NCBI GenBank assembly: GCA_043821445.1
Contig: JBDRCT010000029.1
Location: forward strand, 7,317-71,316
Source of the DNA: Candidatus Omnitrophota bacterium
GTDB lineage: Bacteria > Omnitrophota > Omnitrophia > Omnitrophales > Aquincolibacteriaceae
Reading direction: 5' to 3'
Length of the DNA: 64,000 nt
The translations under genes and the position numbers were made by a program. The notes under the pieces were generated by a model. It was not told the DNA's origin and ran no database searches. It saw only the letters and a list, made by a program, of their open reading frames with translations. Of this stretch, positions 9,704 to 19,556 are shown piece after piece (the stretch's first letter is position 1; each line of letters starts with the position of its first letter).

Positions 9704-10525
9704 ATGACGCTTCAAAAATTTCTCTCTCTCTGGATTTTCCTTCTGTGCTTCTGTCCCGCAGGACTTCACGCGTCGACCGCTTTTGATTATTCGGCATGGG
9801 ATGCTTTCCTCAAAAAAAATGTGAACGAAAATGGCGAGGTGGATTATCAATCAATCAAGAAGGATCCGAAGGAACTGAACGATTCTCTGGCGAGTTTAGA
9901 ATCCGTTGATGGGCTGGCAATGCGGACGTGGCCGCGGGAAGAAACATTGGCGTTTTGGCTGAACGCCTATCACGCAGCGCTGATCAAACAGGTGGTTGAA
10001 AATTATCCCATAGCCTCCGTTCAAAAAATCCCAAGTTTTTGGGATATTTCGTCGTTCCATCTCGGAGAGAAACCGCGTCAAGGGAGGTACAGTTTGAACG
10101 ATATCCGAGCGGTAAATCTGATCCGGGTCTATCGTGACGAGAAGATCCATCTGGCGCTTTCGATAGCGGCTAGAGGAGGTCCCAAATTGATGCAGGAAGC
10201 CTTCACGGGTCCCAAGGTGGAAGGGCAGCTTTTTCTTTTGACGAGGAAATTCGTGACAGATCCGGCTTATGTGGATGTTACCCCTGGTCGGAAAGCGATC
10301 CGGATCTCGAAGATCTTCAAGTGGTATGGAAAGGATTTTAGGTTGGATTTTGGGACCCCGGAACCTCGCGGTAAGTTCTCAGAGGACGATAACGCCATAC
10401 TTTCTTTTTTGGCGTATTATCTTGAAGATGAAGCTAAAGGAGAGTATCTGCAGGAAGCCAACTACAAGATTGAATATCCCTCCTTCGATTGGTCACTGAA
10501 CGATTTCAAAAAAGAGGTTACTTAG
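9704..10525 (+). CDS. DUF547 domain secreted protein
   Basis: Signal peptide, GEVDY, LAFWLNAYHA, IHLAL, SKIFKWY..DF, FDWSLN. Confidence 0.88.
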   Translation: MTLQKFLSLWIFLLCFCPAGLHASTAFDYSAWDAFLKKNVNENGEVDYQSIKKDPKELNDSLASLESVDGLAMRTWPREETLAFWLNAYHAALIKQVVENYPIASVQKIPSFWDISSFHLGEKPRQGRYSLNDIRAVNLIRVYRDEKIHLALSIAARGGPKLMQEAFTGPKVEGQLFLLTRKFVTDPAYVDVTPGRKAIRISKIFKWYGKDFRLDFGTPEPRGKFSEDDNAILSFLAYYLEDEAKGEYLQEANYKIEYPSFDWSLNDFKKEVT

Positions 10526-10606
10526 ATCGGTCCAGGATTTTTTAAGCACTCGTTCAAAAGTATTTAACTCCTTTCGCATCAATATGTTACGTTTTTTTTA
10601 AAAGCA

Positions 10607-10635
10607 TTGACAGTCCTAGTGAATTCTCATAAGAT
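10607..10635 (+). promoter_or_regulatory. sigma70-type promoter of rplU-rpmA
   Basis: TTGACA-17 nt-TAAGAT. Confidence 0.75.
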
Positions 10636-10667
10636 ATGCGCTCTCTTACAGTCAAAGGAGTCATTTC

Positions 10668-10991
10668 ATGGAAAAGTATGCAATTGTTGAGACGGGTTCC
10701 AAGCAGTATTGGGTAGCACCCCAGCAGGTGATCGAAGTCGAGTTGTTGGATGTGGCTGAGGGCCAAAAAGAGGTTATTTTGGATCAGGTGATGCTCGTTC
10801 AGGATGGAGGCCAGGTGAAGGTCGGGACTCCGGTGATCGCGGGGGCCAAGGTCGTTTGCGAAAATCTCGGGGAGTTTAGGGGCCCTAAGTTGGTTCATTA
10901 CCGGATGCGCAAGCGTAAATCATCCCGACGTAAACAAGGACATCGGCAGGATCTGCTCAAGTTGCTTGTCAGAGAGATTAAAGTTGGCTAA
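10668..10991 (+). CDS. rplU: 50S ribosomal protein L21
   Basis: YAIVETGSKQYWV, RRKQGHRQ. Confidence 0.97.
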   Translation: MEKYAIVETGSKQYWVAPQQVIEVELLDVAEGQKEVILDQVMLVQDGGQVKVGTPVIAGAKVVCENLGEFRGPKLVHYRMRKRKSSRRKQGHRQDLLKLLVREIKVG

Positions 10992-11012
10992 TCATATTTT
11001 TCAGAGGAAAAC

Positions 11013-11255
11013 ATGGCACATACAAAAAGTCAGGGTAGCACAACCAACGGAAGAGACTCCAATTCCAAACGCTTGGGCGTAAAAGCCTATGGTGGGCAGA
11101 AGGTCACCGCAGGCAGCATTATTGTCCGTCAGCGTGGGACCCGGTACCATCCTGGGAATTTTGTTGGGATCGGCACCGACTACACTCTTTTCGCGAAGCG
11201 AGCTGGGATCGTGGAGTTCTGGGCGAATCGATCTGTCCATATCATTCCGGGTTAA
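11013..11255 (+). CDS. rpmA: 50S ribosomal protein L27
   Basis: [35 protein letters not shown]. Confidence 0.98.
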   Translation: MAHTKSQGSTTNGRDSNSKRLGVKAYGGQKVTAGSIIVRQRGTRYHPGNFVGIGTDYTLFAKRAGIVEFWANRSVHIIPG

Positions 11256-11275
11256 TCCAGTTCCAATCAAGTTCG

Positions 11276-11313
11276 AAAAGGCTAAAAAGCGATCCTAAGC
11301 TTTTTGGCCTTTT
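11276..11313 (+). terminator. Hairpin with T-tract between rpmA and obgE
   Basis: AAAAGGCTAAAAAGC-loop-GCTTTTTGGCCTTTT followed by CTATTTTT. Confidence 0.6.
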
Positions 11314-11331
11314 CTATTTTTAAGGACTTTT

Positions 11332-12303
11332 ATGCTAGTTGATAAAATTCATCTGAAAATCCAGGGCGGGCATGGTGGCAAAGGCTGTGAAAGTTATAAT
11401 CACCGCAAGGATCACAAGAGAGTCCCTAACGGCGCCGACGGCGGCGACGGAGGGAGTGTAATCTTCCGCGCTTCGCATAACGCCCCGGGTCTCGATCGTC
11501 TCAGGTTGAAGCAGCATTTGGACGCGGAGTCCGGCCAACATGGCAGTAGTGATAACAAACGTGGAAGTAAAGGGGCGGACTTGATCGTGTTGGTTCCCAT
11601 TGGGACTTCGATTTATCGCCGTGAAAATCATCTTGCGATCCGGGATCTTTTTCTGGAGGGCGAGGAAGTGATCGTCGCTCGGGGTGGCCGAGGTGGGTCC
11701 GGGAATATCGGCGACAAAACGGCAACTTCCGGTGAAGAAGGCGAAAAACTCGAGATCGATGTGGAATTTCGCATCATGGCGGATGTCTTTCTCGTGGGGC
11801 TCCCAAGCTCCGGGAAATCCTCCTTACTTCACCATTTGACGCGTGCCCCTGTGGAAGGTAAAAATTATCCTTTTGCGACACGCAGTCCAGTATTGGGCGT
11901 TCATCCCTACGACGACTATAAACAGATCAATTTCTGCGAACTGCCGTCCCTTTTTGAAGGTTCTACAAACGGGAGGGGATTGGGGACCGATTTTTTAAGA
12001 CACTTGGCTCGTGCCAAGCTGATCGTGTTCATGATCGATGCGACCTTGAAGTTCTCCCATACTGCCATCGAAGGATTGAGTGTCCTACAAAGGATCGTTT
12101 ATGAGCATGATGCAGCCTACCGGCAGATTCCGAGCGTGGTCGTGGTCAATAAGATTGATCTGGGACACGATATTGGGAAAATTCAGGAGGAGTTCCAGAG
12201 CTCGGGACAGATCTATTTTTTGATTTCAGTGAAAACCGGAGAAGGGGTAGAATCTCTCATGAAGTTTATCCATGAGAGAATCGAGAACGAAGACCATGTC
12301 TGA
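11332..12303 (+). CDS. obgE: Obg/CgtA GTPase (divergent, short form)
   Basis: Gly-rich Obg fold, G1 GLPSSGKS, YPFAT, LGTDFLRHL, G4 NKID; rplU-rpmA-obg synteny. Confidence 0.9.
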   Translation: MLVDKIHLKIQGGHGGKGCESYNHRKDHKRVPNGADGGDGGSVIFRASHNAPGLDRLRLKQHLDAESGQHGSSDNKRGSKGADLIVLVPIGTSIYRRENHLAIRDLFLEGEEVIVARGGRGGSGNIGDKTATSGEEGEKLEIDVEFRIMADVFLVGLPSSGKSSLLHHLTRAPVEGKNYPFATRSPVLGVHPYDDYKQINFCELPSLFEGSTNGRGLGTDFLRHLARAKLIVFMIDATLKFSHTAIEGLSVLQRIVYEHDAAYRQIPSVVVVNKIDLGHDIGKIQEEFQSSGQIYFLISVKTGEGVESLMKFIHERIENEDHV

Positions 12304-13411
12304 TCGCCTCCAGCGTGCTCAAAAGATTGTTATCAAGATCGGCACGAGCATCCTCAAAATCCGTGGGGAAAGTTTTTCCTATAAGGAGCATACCCGTGTC
12401 TGCCAAGAAATCTACGCTCTCATCAAGAAAGGTCGGCAACCGGTCTTGGTGAGTTCCGGCGCAATCGCTCTCGGGATGAAAAGTTGCGGTTTTAAAAAGC
12501 GGCCAAAAGAAATGGCTGAGCTTCAGGCTTGTGCCGCCATCGGGCAGGGGAAGCTCATGCATGCCTATGAGAGCTTTTTTGCTAAGAAAAAGGTGCACAC
12601 CGCCCAATTGCTTTTAACCCGCGACGGGCTTGAAGATCGCAAGAGGTTCCTTTGTGCTCGTAATACCCTCGAGACACTTTTAAAACGCAACATCCTTCCG
12701 ATTGTTAATGAAAACGATACCATAGCGGTCGAGGAGATCGCTTTTGGGGACAATGACATTCTTTCTGTTCACGTGGCGCATCTTGTAGGCGCGGATCTTC
12801 TGATCAATCTGTCGGATGCGGAAGGGTTTCTCCTGAAGGATGGAACGCGTGTGCGGGAAGTCACTTCCGAAGATGAGATCGACAACAAACTCGTGTTGCA
12901 TCTGACAGATCAAAAAAGAGAAGAGACTGTCGGCGGGATGCGTGCAAAGCTTAAAGCTGCGCAGGTGGCGATGCGTCTCGGGATCCCCTTTCTGATCGTG
13001 AATGGCCACCGGCCGAATATTCTACAGGAGATCCTGGGCGGGAAAGATGTCGGGACTTTATTTATCACCTCCGGCGTCAAAAAGAACATGAGGCGCAAAT
13101 GGATCGCATTCTCAGCGACCCGGAGCGGCAGTATCATAGTCGATGGCGGAGCTTATCAGGCGTTACTTGCGAAAAAGAGTTTGCTGCCGGGAGGAATCGT
13201 GAAGGTCCAGGGGAGTTTCGAAGCGGGGCGGGTCGTGGAGCTCGAGACGCCGGACGGAAAGATCTTTGGTCGCGGAGTAGTGCGCTACAATAGCCGTGAT
13301 CTTAGCCGTATTGCGGGCAAACGGACCGGAGAAATTCAGGCGATCTTGGGCAAAAAATCATGTGATGAGGTGATCCATCGTAACGATCTTGTGATCTGGA
13401 GCGAACGATGA
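12296..13411 (+). CDS. proB: Glutamate 5-kinase with PUA domain
   Basis: VIKIGTS, VSSGAI, PIVNENDT, FGDND, GGMRAK, IHRNDL. Confidence 0.96.
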   Translation: MSDRLQRAQKIVIKIGTSILKIRGESFSYKEHTRVCQEIYALIKKGRQPVLVSSGAIALGMKSCGFKKRPKEMAELQACAAIGQGKLMHAYESFFAKKKVHTAQLLLTRDGLEDRKRFLCARNTLETLLKRNILPIVNENDTIAVEEIAFGDNDILSVHVAHLVGADLLINLSDAEGFLLKDGTRVREVTSEDEIDNKLVLHLTDQKREETVGGMRAKLKAAQVAMRLGIPFLIVNGHRPNILQEILGGKDVGTLFITSGVKKNMRRKWIAFSATRSGSIIVDGGAYQALLAKKSLLPGGIVKVQGSFEAGRVVELETPDGKIFGRGVVRYNSRDLSRIAGKRTGEIQAILGKKSCDEVIHRNDLVIWSER

Positions 13412-14664
13412 ATTGGAAACGTGAATTGGAAGGAGTGCTGGTGGGTGCCCGGCAGGCGGCATCTCATGCCGGGCAAGAGTCCGCGGTTTTTAAGAAAAGG
13501 CTTCTTTTTGATATTGCTTCTCGAATCGAGAAAAAGGCGAAGTGGCTTGTTGCCGAGAACCACAAAGATCTTAGGAAAGCCAAGGGGAGCGGATTTTCTT
13601 CCGCTATGATCGATCGGTTGACGCTTAGTGAAGGGCGTGTCAGAGCCATGGCGGCAGGCGTTCGTGCTGTGGCTCGTCTCAAAGACCTGATCGGTCGCGT
13701 GCAGGCACGGTGGATGAGACCGAACGGCCTCAGACTCCAAAAAGTGACTGTTCCGATCGGCGTTATCCTGATGATCTATGAGTCCCGTCCCAATGTGACC
13801 GTGGAATGTGCGGCGCTTTGTCTTAAGAGTTCGAATGTGGCGATCCTTCGCGGGGGGCGTGAGGCGATGGCTTCTAACCATGCGCTTGTGTCGATCTTCA
13901 AAGAGTCTCTCAAACGATACGGTCTCTCATCTTTCCACGTGAATCTTGTGACGACGACAGAATATGCCGCACTCGATTTTCTTTTGGAGAAAGAGGGACG
14001 GATTGACCTTGTGATCCCGCGCGGTGGGGAAAAACTGATCCGGCGAGTCGTGGAAAAGTCGCGTATTCCCGTGATCAAACACTATCAAGGAATCTGCCAT
14101 GTTTATGTCGACAAAAAGGCGGATCTCGAGAAAGCCGTTGCGATCACGCTGAATGCCAAACTGCAGCGTCCGGGAGTTTGTAATGCGATGGAAACGCTTT
14201 TGGTTCATCAAAGCATCGCCGGGAAATTTTTGCCGATCGTCGGCAATTTTCTAAGAAAAGGAGGGTGTGAGGTCCGTGGTGATCGCATGGCCTGTCGCCT
14301 TATTCCTTGGGCGAAGTGTGCGAAGGCGGCCGACTTCGGTCATGAATTTCTGGAGAAGATCCTTGCGGTGCGTGTTGTCAAGGATTTGGAGGAAGCGATT
14401 CGGCATATTGAAACCTATGGTTCCCATCATACGGATGCGATCGTGACCCAAGACAAAAATGCGGCCAAAACCTTTCAAGCAAAAGTGGACTCTTCGTCTG
14501 TGATGGTCAATGCCTCGACTCGTTTTTCCGACGGATTCGAGTATGGGTTTGGCGCGGAGATCGGCATTTCGACCGACAAGATCCATGCTCGCGGTCCGAT
14601 GGGACTGGAGGGGCTCACGTCGTACAAGTATATCGTGGAAGGGAATGGCCATATACGCGCTTAA
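13408..14664 (+). CDS. proA: Gamma-glutamyl phosphate reductase
   Basis: IYESRPNVT, VIPRGG, VCNAMETLLVH, NASTRFSDG, HARGPMGL. Confidence 0.97.
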   Translation: MNWKRELEGVLVGARQAASHAGQESAVFKKRLLFDIASRIEKKAKWLVAENHKDLRKAKGSGFSSAMIDRLTLSEGRVRAMAAGVRAVARLKDLIGRVQARWMRPNGLRLQKVTVPIGVILMIYESRPNVTVECAALCLKSSNVAILRGGREAMASNHALVSIFKESLKRYGLSSFHVNLVTTTEYAALDFLLEKEGRIDLVIPRGGEKLIRRVVEKSRIPVIKHYQGICHVYVDKKADLEKAVAITLNAKLQRPGVCNAMETLLVHQSIAGKFLPIVGNFLRKGGCEVRGDRMACRLIPWAKCAKAADFGHEFLEKILAVRVVKDLEEAIRHIETYGSHHTDAIVTQDKNAAKTFQAKVDSSSVMVNASTRFSDGFEYGFGAEIGISTDKIHARGPMGLEGLTSYKYIVEGNGHIRA

Positions 14665-14679
14665 AAGCGGTCTTTCCGC

Positions 14680-15258
14680 ATGAAGATTGGTATTTTGGGA
14701 GGGACTTTCGATCCTATCCACCTCGGGCATTTGCAGCTTGCTCAAAATGCCCAGGCCCAATTCTCGCTCGATAAAGTCATTTTCGTTCCAGCCTATCAGC
14801 CTCCCCATAAACTGGAATTTCTTTCTCGCACACCTGCTGCAGACCGTTACGAAATGGTCCGTTTGGCCCTCGAAGGCGAGCCTTTCCTTGAATCTTCAGA
14901 TTGCGAACTCGTGAGAAAGGGCATTTCTTATACCTGTGACACCCTCGATGAATTTGAAAAAAAATATCCTAACAGCACATTTTTTTTGATCCTCGGGAAA
15001 GACACATTCGAAGGGATCGATGCCTGGTATCGTGCTGCTGAACTTAAGAAAAAGGTCCGTTTCCTGGTGGCGGAACGGGGTACTGGTGAAATTTCTGCGC
15101 CCGAAGGCGCCCGTATCGAACGAATCCAAATGCCTTTATGTCCGATCTCTGCCTCCGGGATCCGTGAGGCTATCCAACAGGGAAGGAATGTGGACGATCA
15201 TGTGCCTCCGAAAGTTCTTCAATTGATTCACGCACGTGCGCTTTACCGGAAAAACTAG
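14680..15258 (+). CDS. nadD: Nicotinate-nucleotide adenylyltransferase
   Basis: GGTFDPIHLGH, PPHK, SYT, ISASGIR. Confidence 0.95.
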   Translation: MKIGILGGTFDPIHLGHLQLAQNAQAQFSLDKVIFVPAYQPPHKLEFLSRTPAADRYEMVRLALEGEPFLESSDCELVRKGISYTCDTLDEFEKKYPNSTFFLILGKDTFEGIDAWYRAAELKKKVRFLVAERGTGEISAPEGARIERIQMPLCPISASGIREAIQQGRNVDDHVPPKVLQLIHARALYRKN

Positions 15259-15261
15259 AAC

Positions 15262-16497
15262 ATGAACACAACTTTACCTTGGGCTATTTTGGGAGTGCTC
15301 TTCATAGTTTCCTTTTTCTTTTCCGCGTCCGAAACAGCTCTTTTTTCACTTTCTAAGCTCGATAAACGCAAGCTTAAAGAGCAATACCCACATCTTTCAA
15401 AATGGATCTTTGAACAATTACAAACACCACGCAAGACGCTCGGCACGGTTCTGATCGGCAATTTGGCGGTGAACACATTGGCAACATCGACAGTCACGCT
15501 TGTAGCTCTCAATCTTTTTGGGAATGCGCGGCTCGGCATAGTTTTGGCAGCATTGACTGTTTTCCTGATCGTTTTTTGTGAGATGCTTCCCAAGATTCTG
15601 GCGGTCCGGTCGCGTGTCAAAATGGCCTTATTCGTATCTCTGCCGCTTAAGTTTTTTGCGATGTTGTTCGCTCCCTTTAGGCTCTTGATGCGTTTTATAA
15701 CGGATCGTATTCTCTCCTTTCTTGTTCACGAAAAAATCGATCAGTCAGACATGATCTCTGAAAAAGAACTCAAGGTGCTTGTGAAGATTGGAGAGGAAGA
15801 AGGGGTTTTGGGAGGACAGGAGCGGCATATGATCCAAAAGCTTTTAGAGCTCGGGGAACGACCGGTCAAGGATATCATGACGCCGCGAACGGATCTTATT
15901 GGTTTGGATATCGAGGAGCCTTCGGAGAAGCATGAGGAACTTATTCGAAAATTTCACTTCACGCGTTTGCCTGTTTTTCAAGGCTCGATCGATCATATTC
16001 TTGGAGTTGTTGAATCGCAGAACTATCTTTTGCAAGAACCGCTTCCCGATGTGAAGCAAGTGATGCAGGAGCCGCTTTTTGTTCCGGAAAGCAAACGGAT
16101 CGATGATCTTCTGGAAACATTCCGAAGTAAGAATGAACGTTTTGCGGTCTGCGTGGATGAGTTTGGCGGGACGGCCGGGGTGGTGACACAGGAGGATATT
16201 CTTGAGGAGATTTTCGGGGAGTTTTACGATGAATATGCCAAGATCGAGCATCCTATCAGGCGTTTAGGCGAGGATCTTTACCTGGTGGATGGAAAAGTCA
16301 GCCTTGTGGAGTTCAACGATGTTCTTTCCTCGCATCTGATCGCAGAAGAGGCGACGACGCTCGGGGGTTATCTTTTCGAAAAAATGGGAGTGGTTCCTGT
16401 CAAAGGTGCAGTTTTTAATACAGAACAATTCGATTTTGTGATCCAGGATATGATCCGCCAGCGTATCCACCAGGTCATGGTCAGGAGGAAGCCATGA
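15262..16497 (+). CDS. CNNM/DUF21-CBS-CorC hemolysin-family transporter
   Basis: FFSASETALFSL, LIGNL.VN, IMTPR, VDEFGGTAGVVT.EDILEEI.GE. Confidence 0.92.
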   Translation: MNTTLPWAILGVLFIVSFFFSASETALFSLSKLDKRKLKEQYPHLSKWIFEQLQTPRKTLGTVLIGNLAVNTLATSTVTLVALNLFGNARLGIVLAALTVFLIVFCEMLPKILAVRSRVKMALFVSLPLKFFAMLFAPFRLLMRFITDRILSFLVHEKIDQSDMISEKELKVLVKIGEEEGVLGGQERHMIQKLLELGERPVKDIMTPRTDLIGLDIEEPSEKHEELIRKFHFTRLPVFQGSIDHILGVVESQNYLLQEPLPDVKQVMQEPLFVPESKRIDDLLETFRSKNERFAVCVDEFGGTAGVVTQEDILEEIFGEFYDEYAKIEHPIRRLGEDLYLVDGKVSLVEFNDVLSSHLIAEEATTLGGYLFEKMGVVPVKGAVFNTEQFDFVIQDMIRQRIHQVMVRRKP

Positions 16498-17447
16498 TAG
16501 GTCTCCTGACCCTGTTTTTTCTATCTCTGGTGGCTTCGGCGTTTTTTTCAGGGGCTGAGATGGCTTTTGTTTCGGCGAACAAGCTGAAGCTTCACGAAAT
16601 AGCGGATGCCGGAGATAAAAAAGCCAGGTTCATTATGCATCTCCAGCAGCATCCCAATTATTTCCTGACCGCCATTCTCATAGGGAATAATGCGGCAAAC
16701 GTTACGGCGATCTCGATCGCGACGTGCATTTTCAAGGAATATTTAGGATGGAACAGCGAATGGGCCGTGATGCTGGTGATCGCACCAGTATTGATCATTT
16801 TTACGGAAATGGTTCCCAAGGATTACGGTCGCTTAAATGCGATTTCTTTTTTGCAGGGGAAGATCTTTTGGCTTAAGGGCCTCAAGGCGGTCCTGTACGG
16901 ACCGATCATCCTGTTCTTCAAGATGCTGAATTTTTTCTGGCCCTCTTTTCAACAGGGTGTTGTCCGGGATATCTTTGTGAATGAGGAGGAATTTCGCTCA
17001 CTCATCGATGAAAGTACCCAGAGAGGCATTGTAGGTCCGCAGGAAGAGAAACTGATCCACACCATCCTCGACTTTGAACGGATCCAGGTCTCCTCGGTGA
17101 TGATTCCAGCGGGGAAAGTGCCGATGGTGGATATTCACAGCAAGATCGAGGATGTCAAACAAATCGCACGTGAGACCCACGCTCGCATGATGCTCGTTTA
17201 CGAGGAAATACCGTCCATTGTGATGGGGATGGTCTATGTCTTCGATATCCTATGGGAGGAAGAGAACGCTCAGGGGCTCCATGATTTTCTCAGGGCCCCC
17301 ATTTTTATCTCAGAGGACACTTCCTTGGAGAAAGCTTTCCTGACACTCCAGAAAAAACGCCAATCCTATGCCGTTGTGACTGATCGAGCCGGGGACATTA
17401 AAGGGGTTGTCCCGATCGAGCGGCTTCTTATGTTCGAGAAGCACTGA
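16494..17447 (+). CDS. Second CNNM/DUF21-CBS protein (no CorC domain)
   Basis: AFFSGAEMAFVS, ILIGNN, EMVPK, CBS pair; ATGA overlap with previous gene. Confidence 0.88.
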   Translation: MIGLLTLFFLSLVASAFFSGAEMAFVSANKLKLHEIADAGDKKARFIMHLQQHPNYFLTAILIGNNAANVTAISIATCIFKEYLGWNSEWAVMLVIAPVLIIFTEMVPKDYGRLNAISFLQGKIFWLKGLKAVLYGPIILFFKMLNFFWPSFQQGVVRDIFVNEEEFRSLIDESTQRGIVGPQEEKLIHTILDFERIQVSSVMIPAGKVPMVDIHSKIEDVKQIARETHARMMLVYEEIPSIVMGMVYVFDILWEEENAQGLHDFLRAPIFISEDTSLEKAFLTLQKKRQSYAVVTDRAGDIKGVVPIERLLMFEKH

Positions 17448-17646
17448 ACGACGCGCGATTTTCTCCGTCCGATAAACTCTTCATTCCAATAGATTCTAAT
17501 AAAACAGTTCCTGTTTTTTTTGCTCTTCCTACCGTTTTTCTCCGGAGCATTTTGATCTCTTCTAGTGCGACGCCATTACTATAAAGCTTTACTAAGTGAG
17601 GCCGTTACATTGATATCGGAAGATTTAACTCGAGGAGGCAGACTTT

Positions 17647-18747
17647 TTGAGAATTATTGCTATCGCGAACCAAAAAGGCGGGTGTGGAAAGACCACAACC
17701 AGCATCAATTTTTCGGCGTGTCTGAATTTTCTTCAAAAAAAAGTTCTCGTGATCGATTTGGACCCGCAGGGGCATTCCACGATCGGGTTGGGGGTCAAGA
17801 CGCAGAAGGGAATACGGACCCTTTATGATCTACTAAGTCCGCTTCAACACGTGGCGCCTCCTCTCTCGCAAGTCATACGGAGCTTGAATCAGGATTTTGA
17901 TCTCATTCCCTGCAATGCCAGCCTGAATGCCCTTGAGGAAGAATTCGGGTTTGTGCCTAATTATCATCTCAAACTCCGGGATCTTCTGACCCGGATCGGC
18001 GAAGACCAGCGTCATTATGACTTTGTGGTTCTGGATTGCCCCCCGAATCTCGGGGTTCTCACCTGGAATGCCCTCAGTGCGGTTGATGAAGTCGTGGTTC
18101 CGGTTGAGCCGTCATTTTTTTCACTTCACGGGCTTGCGAAAATTTCGGAAACTTTCCAAGTTGTGAATCGGAGCCGGGAAACGCCCCTTGCCGTTCATGC
18201 GCTTTTGACGCTTTTCAATTCCCAAGTGAATTTTTCTCATGAGATCTATGATGAAGTGAAAGCTCATTTTCAGGACCGACTTTTTACGACGATTATCCAT
18301 GAACATGTAAGTCTGAAGGAAGCGGCGGCTGCGGGACAAAGTATTGTCCAATATGCGCCCCAATCGACGGCTTTTCAGGATTATTTGAATCTTGCAGTCG
18401 AATATTTGGAGCGGGATTGGAACCGGAGGCTTCCAGAGAAAGAACTCGGATGGGAGCAGGTTTTTAAAAATCATTTCGGGCCACGTTTGATCTCGGATGG
18501 GATCCTTTTTCAGTTCTCGAGTAAAACAGCATCCTCGGTAGAAATCGCCGGAGATTTTAATCGTTGGATTCCTGAGCCGCTCATTCGCCGTGATCAGGAC
18601 GGACTTTGGCAGAAGGTTATTTCGGTGGAGCTCAAGACGTTTCGCTACAAGTTCATTGTGGACGGAGAGTGGCAGGTGGATCCCCATCAGCCCGCGCAGA
18701 AAGAAAATGCCTATGGCGGCATCGATTCTTATATGGAATTTGCCTGA
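17647..18747 (+). CDS. ParA/Soj family ATPase fused to a C-terminal CBM48 (AMPK-beta-type glycogen-binding) domain
   Basis: Deviant Walker A NQKGGCGKTT, DLDPQG, DCPP; C-terminal VEIAGDFNRW...GLW...YKFIVDGEWQVDP; TTG start after GAGGAGG RBS. Confidence 0.9.
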   Translation: MRIIAIANQKGGCGKTTTSINFSACLNFLQKKVLVIDLDPQGHSTIGLGVKTQKGIRTLYDLLSPLQHVAPPLSQVIRSLNQDFDLIPCNASLNALEEEFGFVPNYHLKLRDLLTRIGEDQRHYDFVVLDCPPNLGVLTWNALSAVDEVVVPVEPSFFSLHGLAKISETFQVVNRSRETPLAVHALLTLFNSQVNFSHEIYDEVKAHFQDRLFTTIIHEHVSLKEAAAAGQSIVQYAPQSTAFQDYLNLAVEYLERDWNRRLPEKELGWEQVFKNHFGPRLISDGILFQFSSKTASSVEIAGDFNRWIPEPLIRRDQDGLWQKVISVELKTFRYKFIVDGEWQVDPHQPAQKENAYGGIDSYMEFA

Positions 18748-18749
18748 TC

Positions 18750-19556
18750 ATGGATGATCCCAAAAAGCTCGTTCGTGGATTGAAAGACATTTCGCCTCTC
18801 TTTGGCGCGGTTTCCGAAGACGTCCCGGTCCGTCGTTCTCCCGAAGTTCAGGTGCTGGGTGTTTCGAGCCCCGACTGCGATGGCGATTCGCTTCTCCTGA
18901 ACACATTCTTTGCATTGCAGATCGCATCCCCGGAGAGAGCCTGTTCTCTTCTCAGCATTCTATCGCGCAAGGCCAGGGTTCCTTCGGGGTCCGGGGATAG
19001 TCTGTCAGAATCGTTTGGGGACCATCTCGTGCGGTATTGTCTTTATTGGGATGAGCTTCATGATCTTGTTAGCGGTCCTTCTTTGCCTCGATCCGAGAGA
19101 GTGCTCCGGAGCCGGGATATTTTCCTGGATTTCGAGTATCGTCACCTACTTCAGTTTGAGAAGGTGATTTCTTTGCTAGATAAATGGGTTCTTTTGTTGA
19201 GACCCACGGCTGAATCCTTGACGGAAGGTTACAAAATGATGAAAGTGGGGCTTGCACTTAACCCGCAACTCGAATTTTACGTCACCTTGTCCGGAAGCGC
19301 GGAGGAGGCTAAAGGGGTGGTAGTCTTCGATCAGTTTTCAAGCTTTGTGTTCACACATCTTGATGCTCATCTTGGATGGTTAGGGTGGATGGATCTTGCG
19401 GATCCTGCGCGACATTTTTCTGCGGCTCTTCACACGGAGCCGTTGAAATATCAGCATTGGAATGCAAAGCCCAGCCTCCAGAAGTACCTGCTGGCTGATT
19501 GGATCGAATCTTTGGAAAGAAAAACGCAGGTTTGTGCTCCGGCCGAGGTGCAATGA
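18750..19556 (+). CDS. Hypothetical protein; degenerate MinD/FlhG-like fold with N-terminal KKLVRGL peptide
   Basis: Starts 3 nt after the ParA stop; LLRPTAESLTEGYKMMK and LGWLGWM resemble the FlhG C-half; no intact Walker A. Confidence 0.6.
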   Translation: MDDPKKLVRGLKDISPLFGAVSEDVPVRRSPEVQVLGVSSPDCDGDSLLLNTFFALQIASPERACSLLSILSRKARVPSGSGDSLSESFGDHLVRYCLYWDELHDLVSGPSLPRSERVLRSRDIFLDFEYRHLLQFEKVISLLDKWVLLLRPTAESLTEGYKMMKVGLALNPQLEFYVTLSGSAEEAKGVVVFDQFSSFVFTHLDAHLGWLGWMDLADPARHFSAALHTEPLKYQHWNAKPSLQKYLLADWIESLERKTQVCAPAEVQ

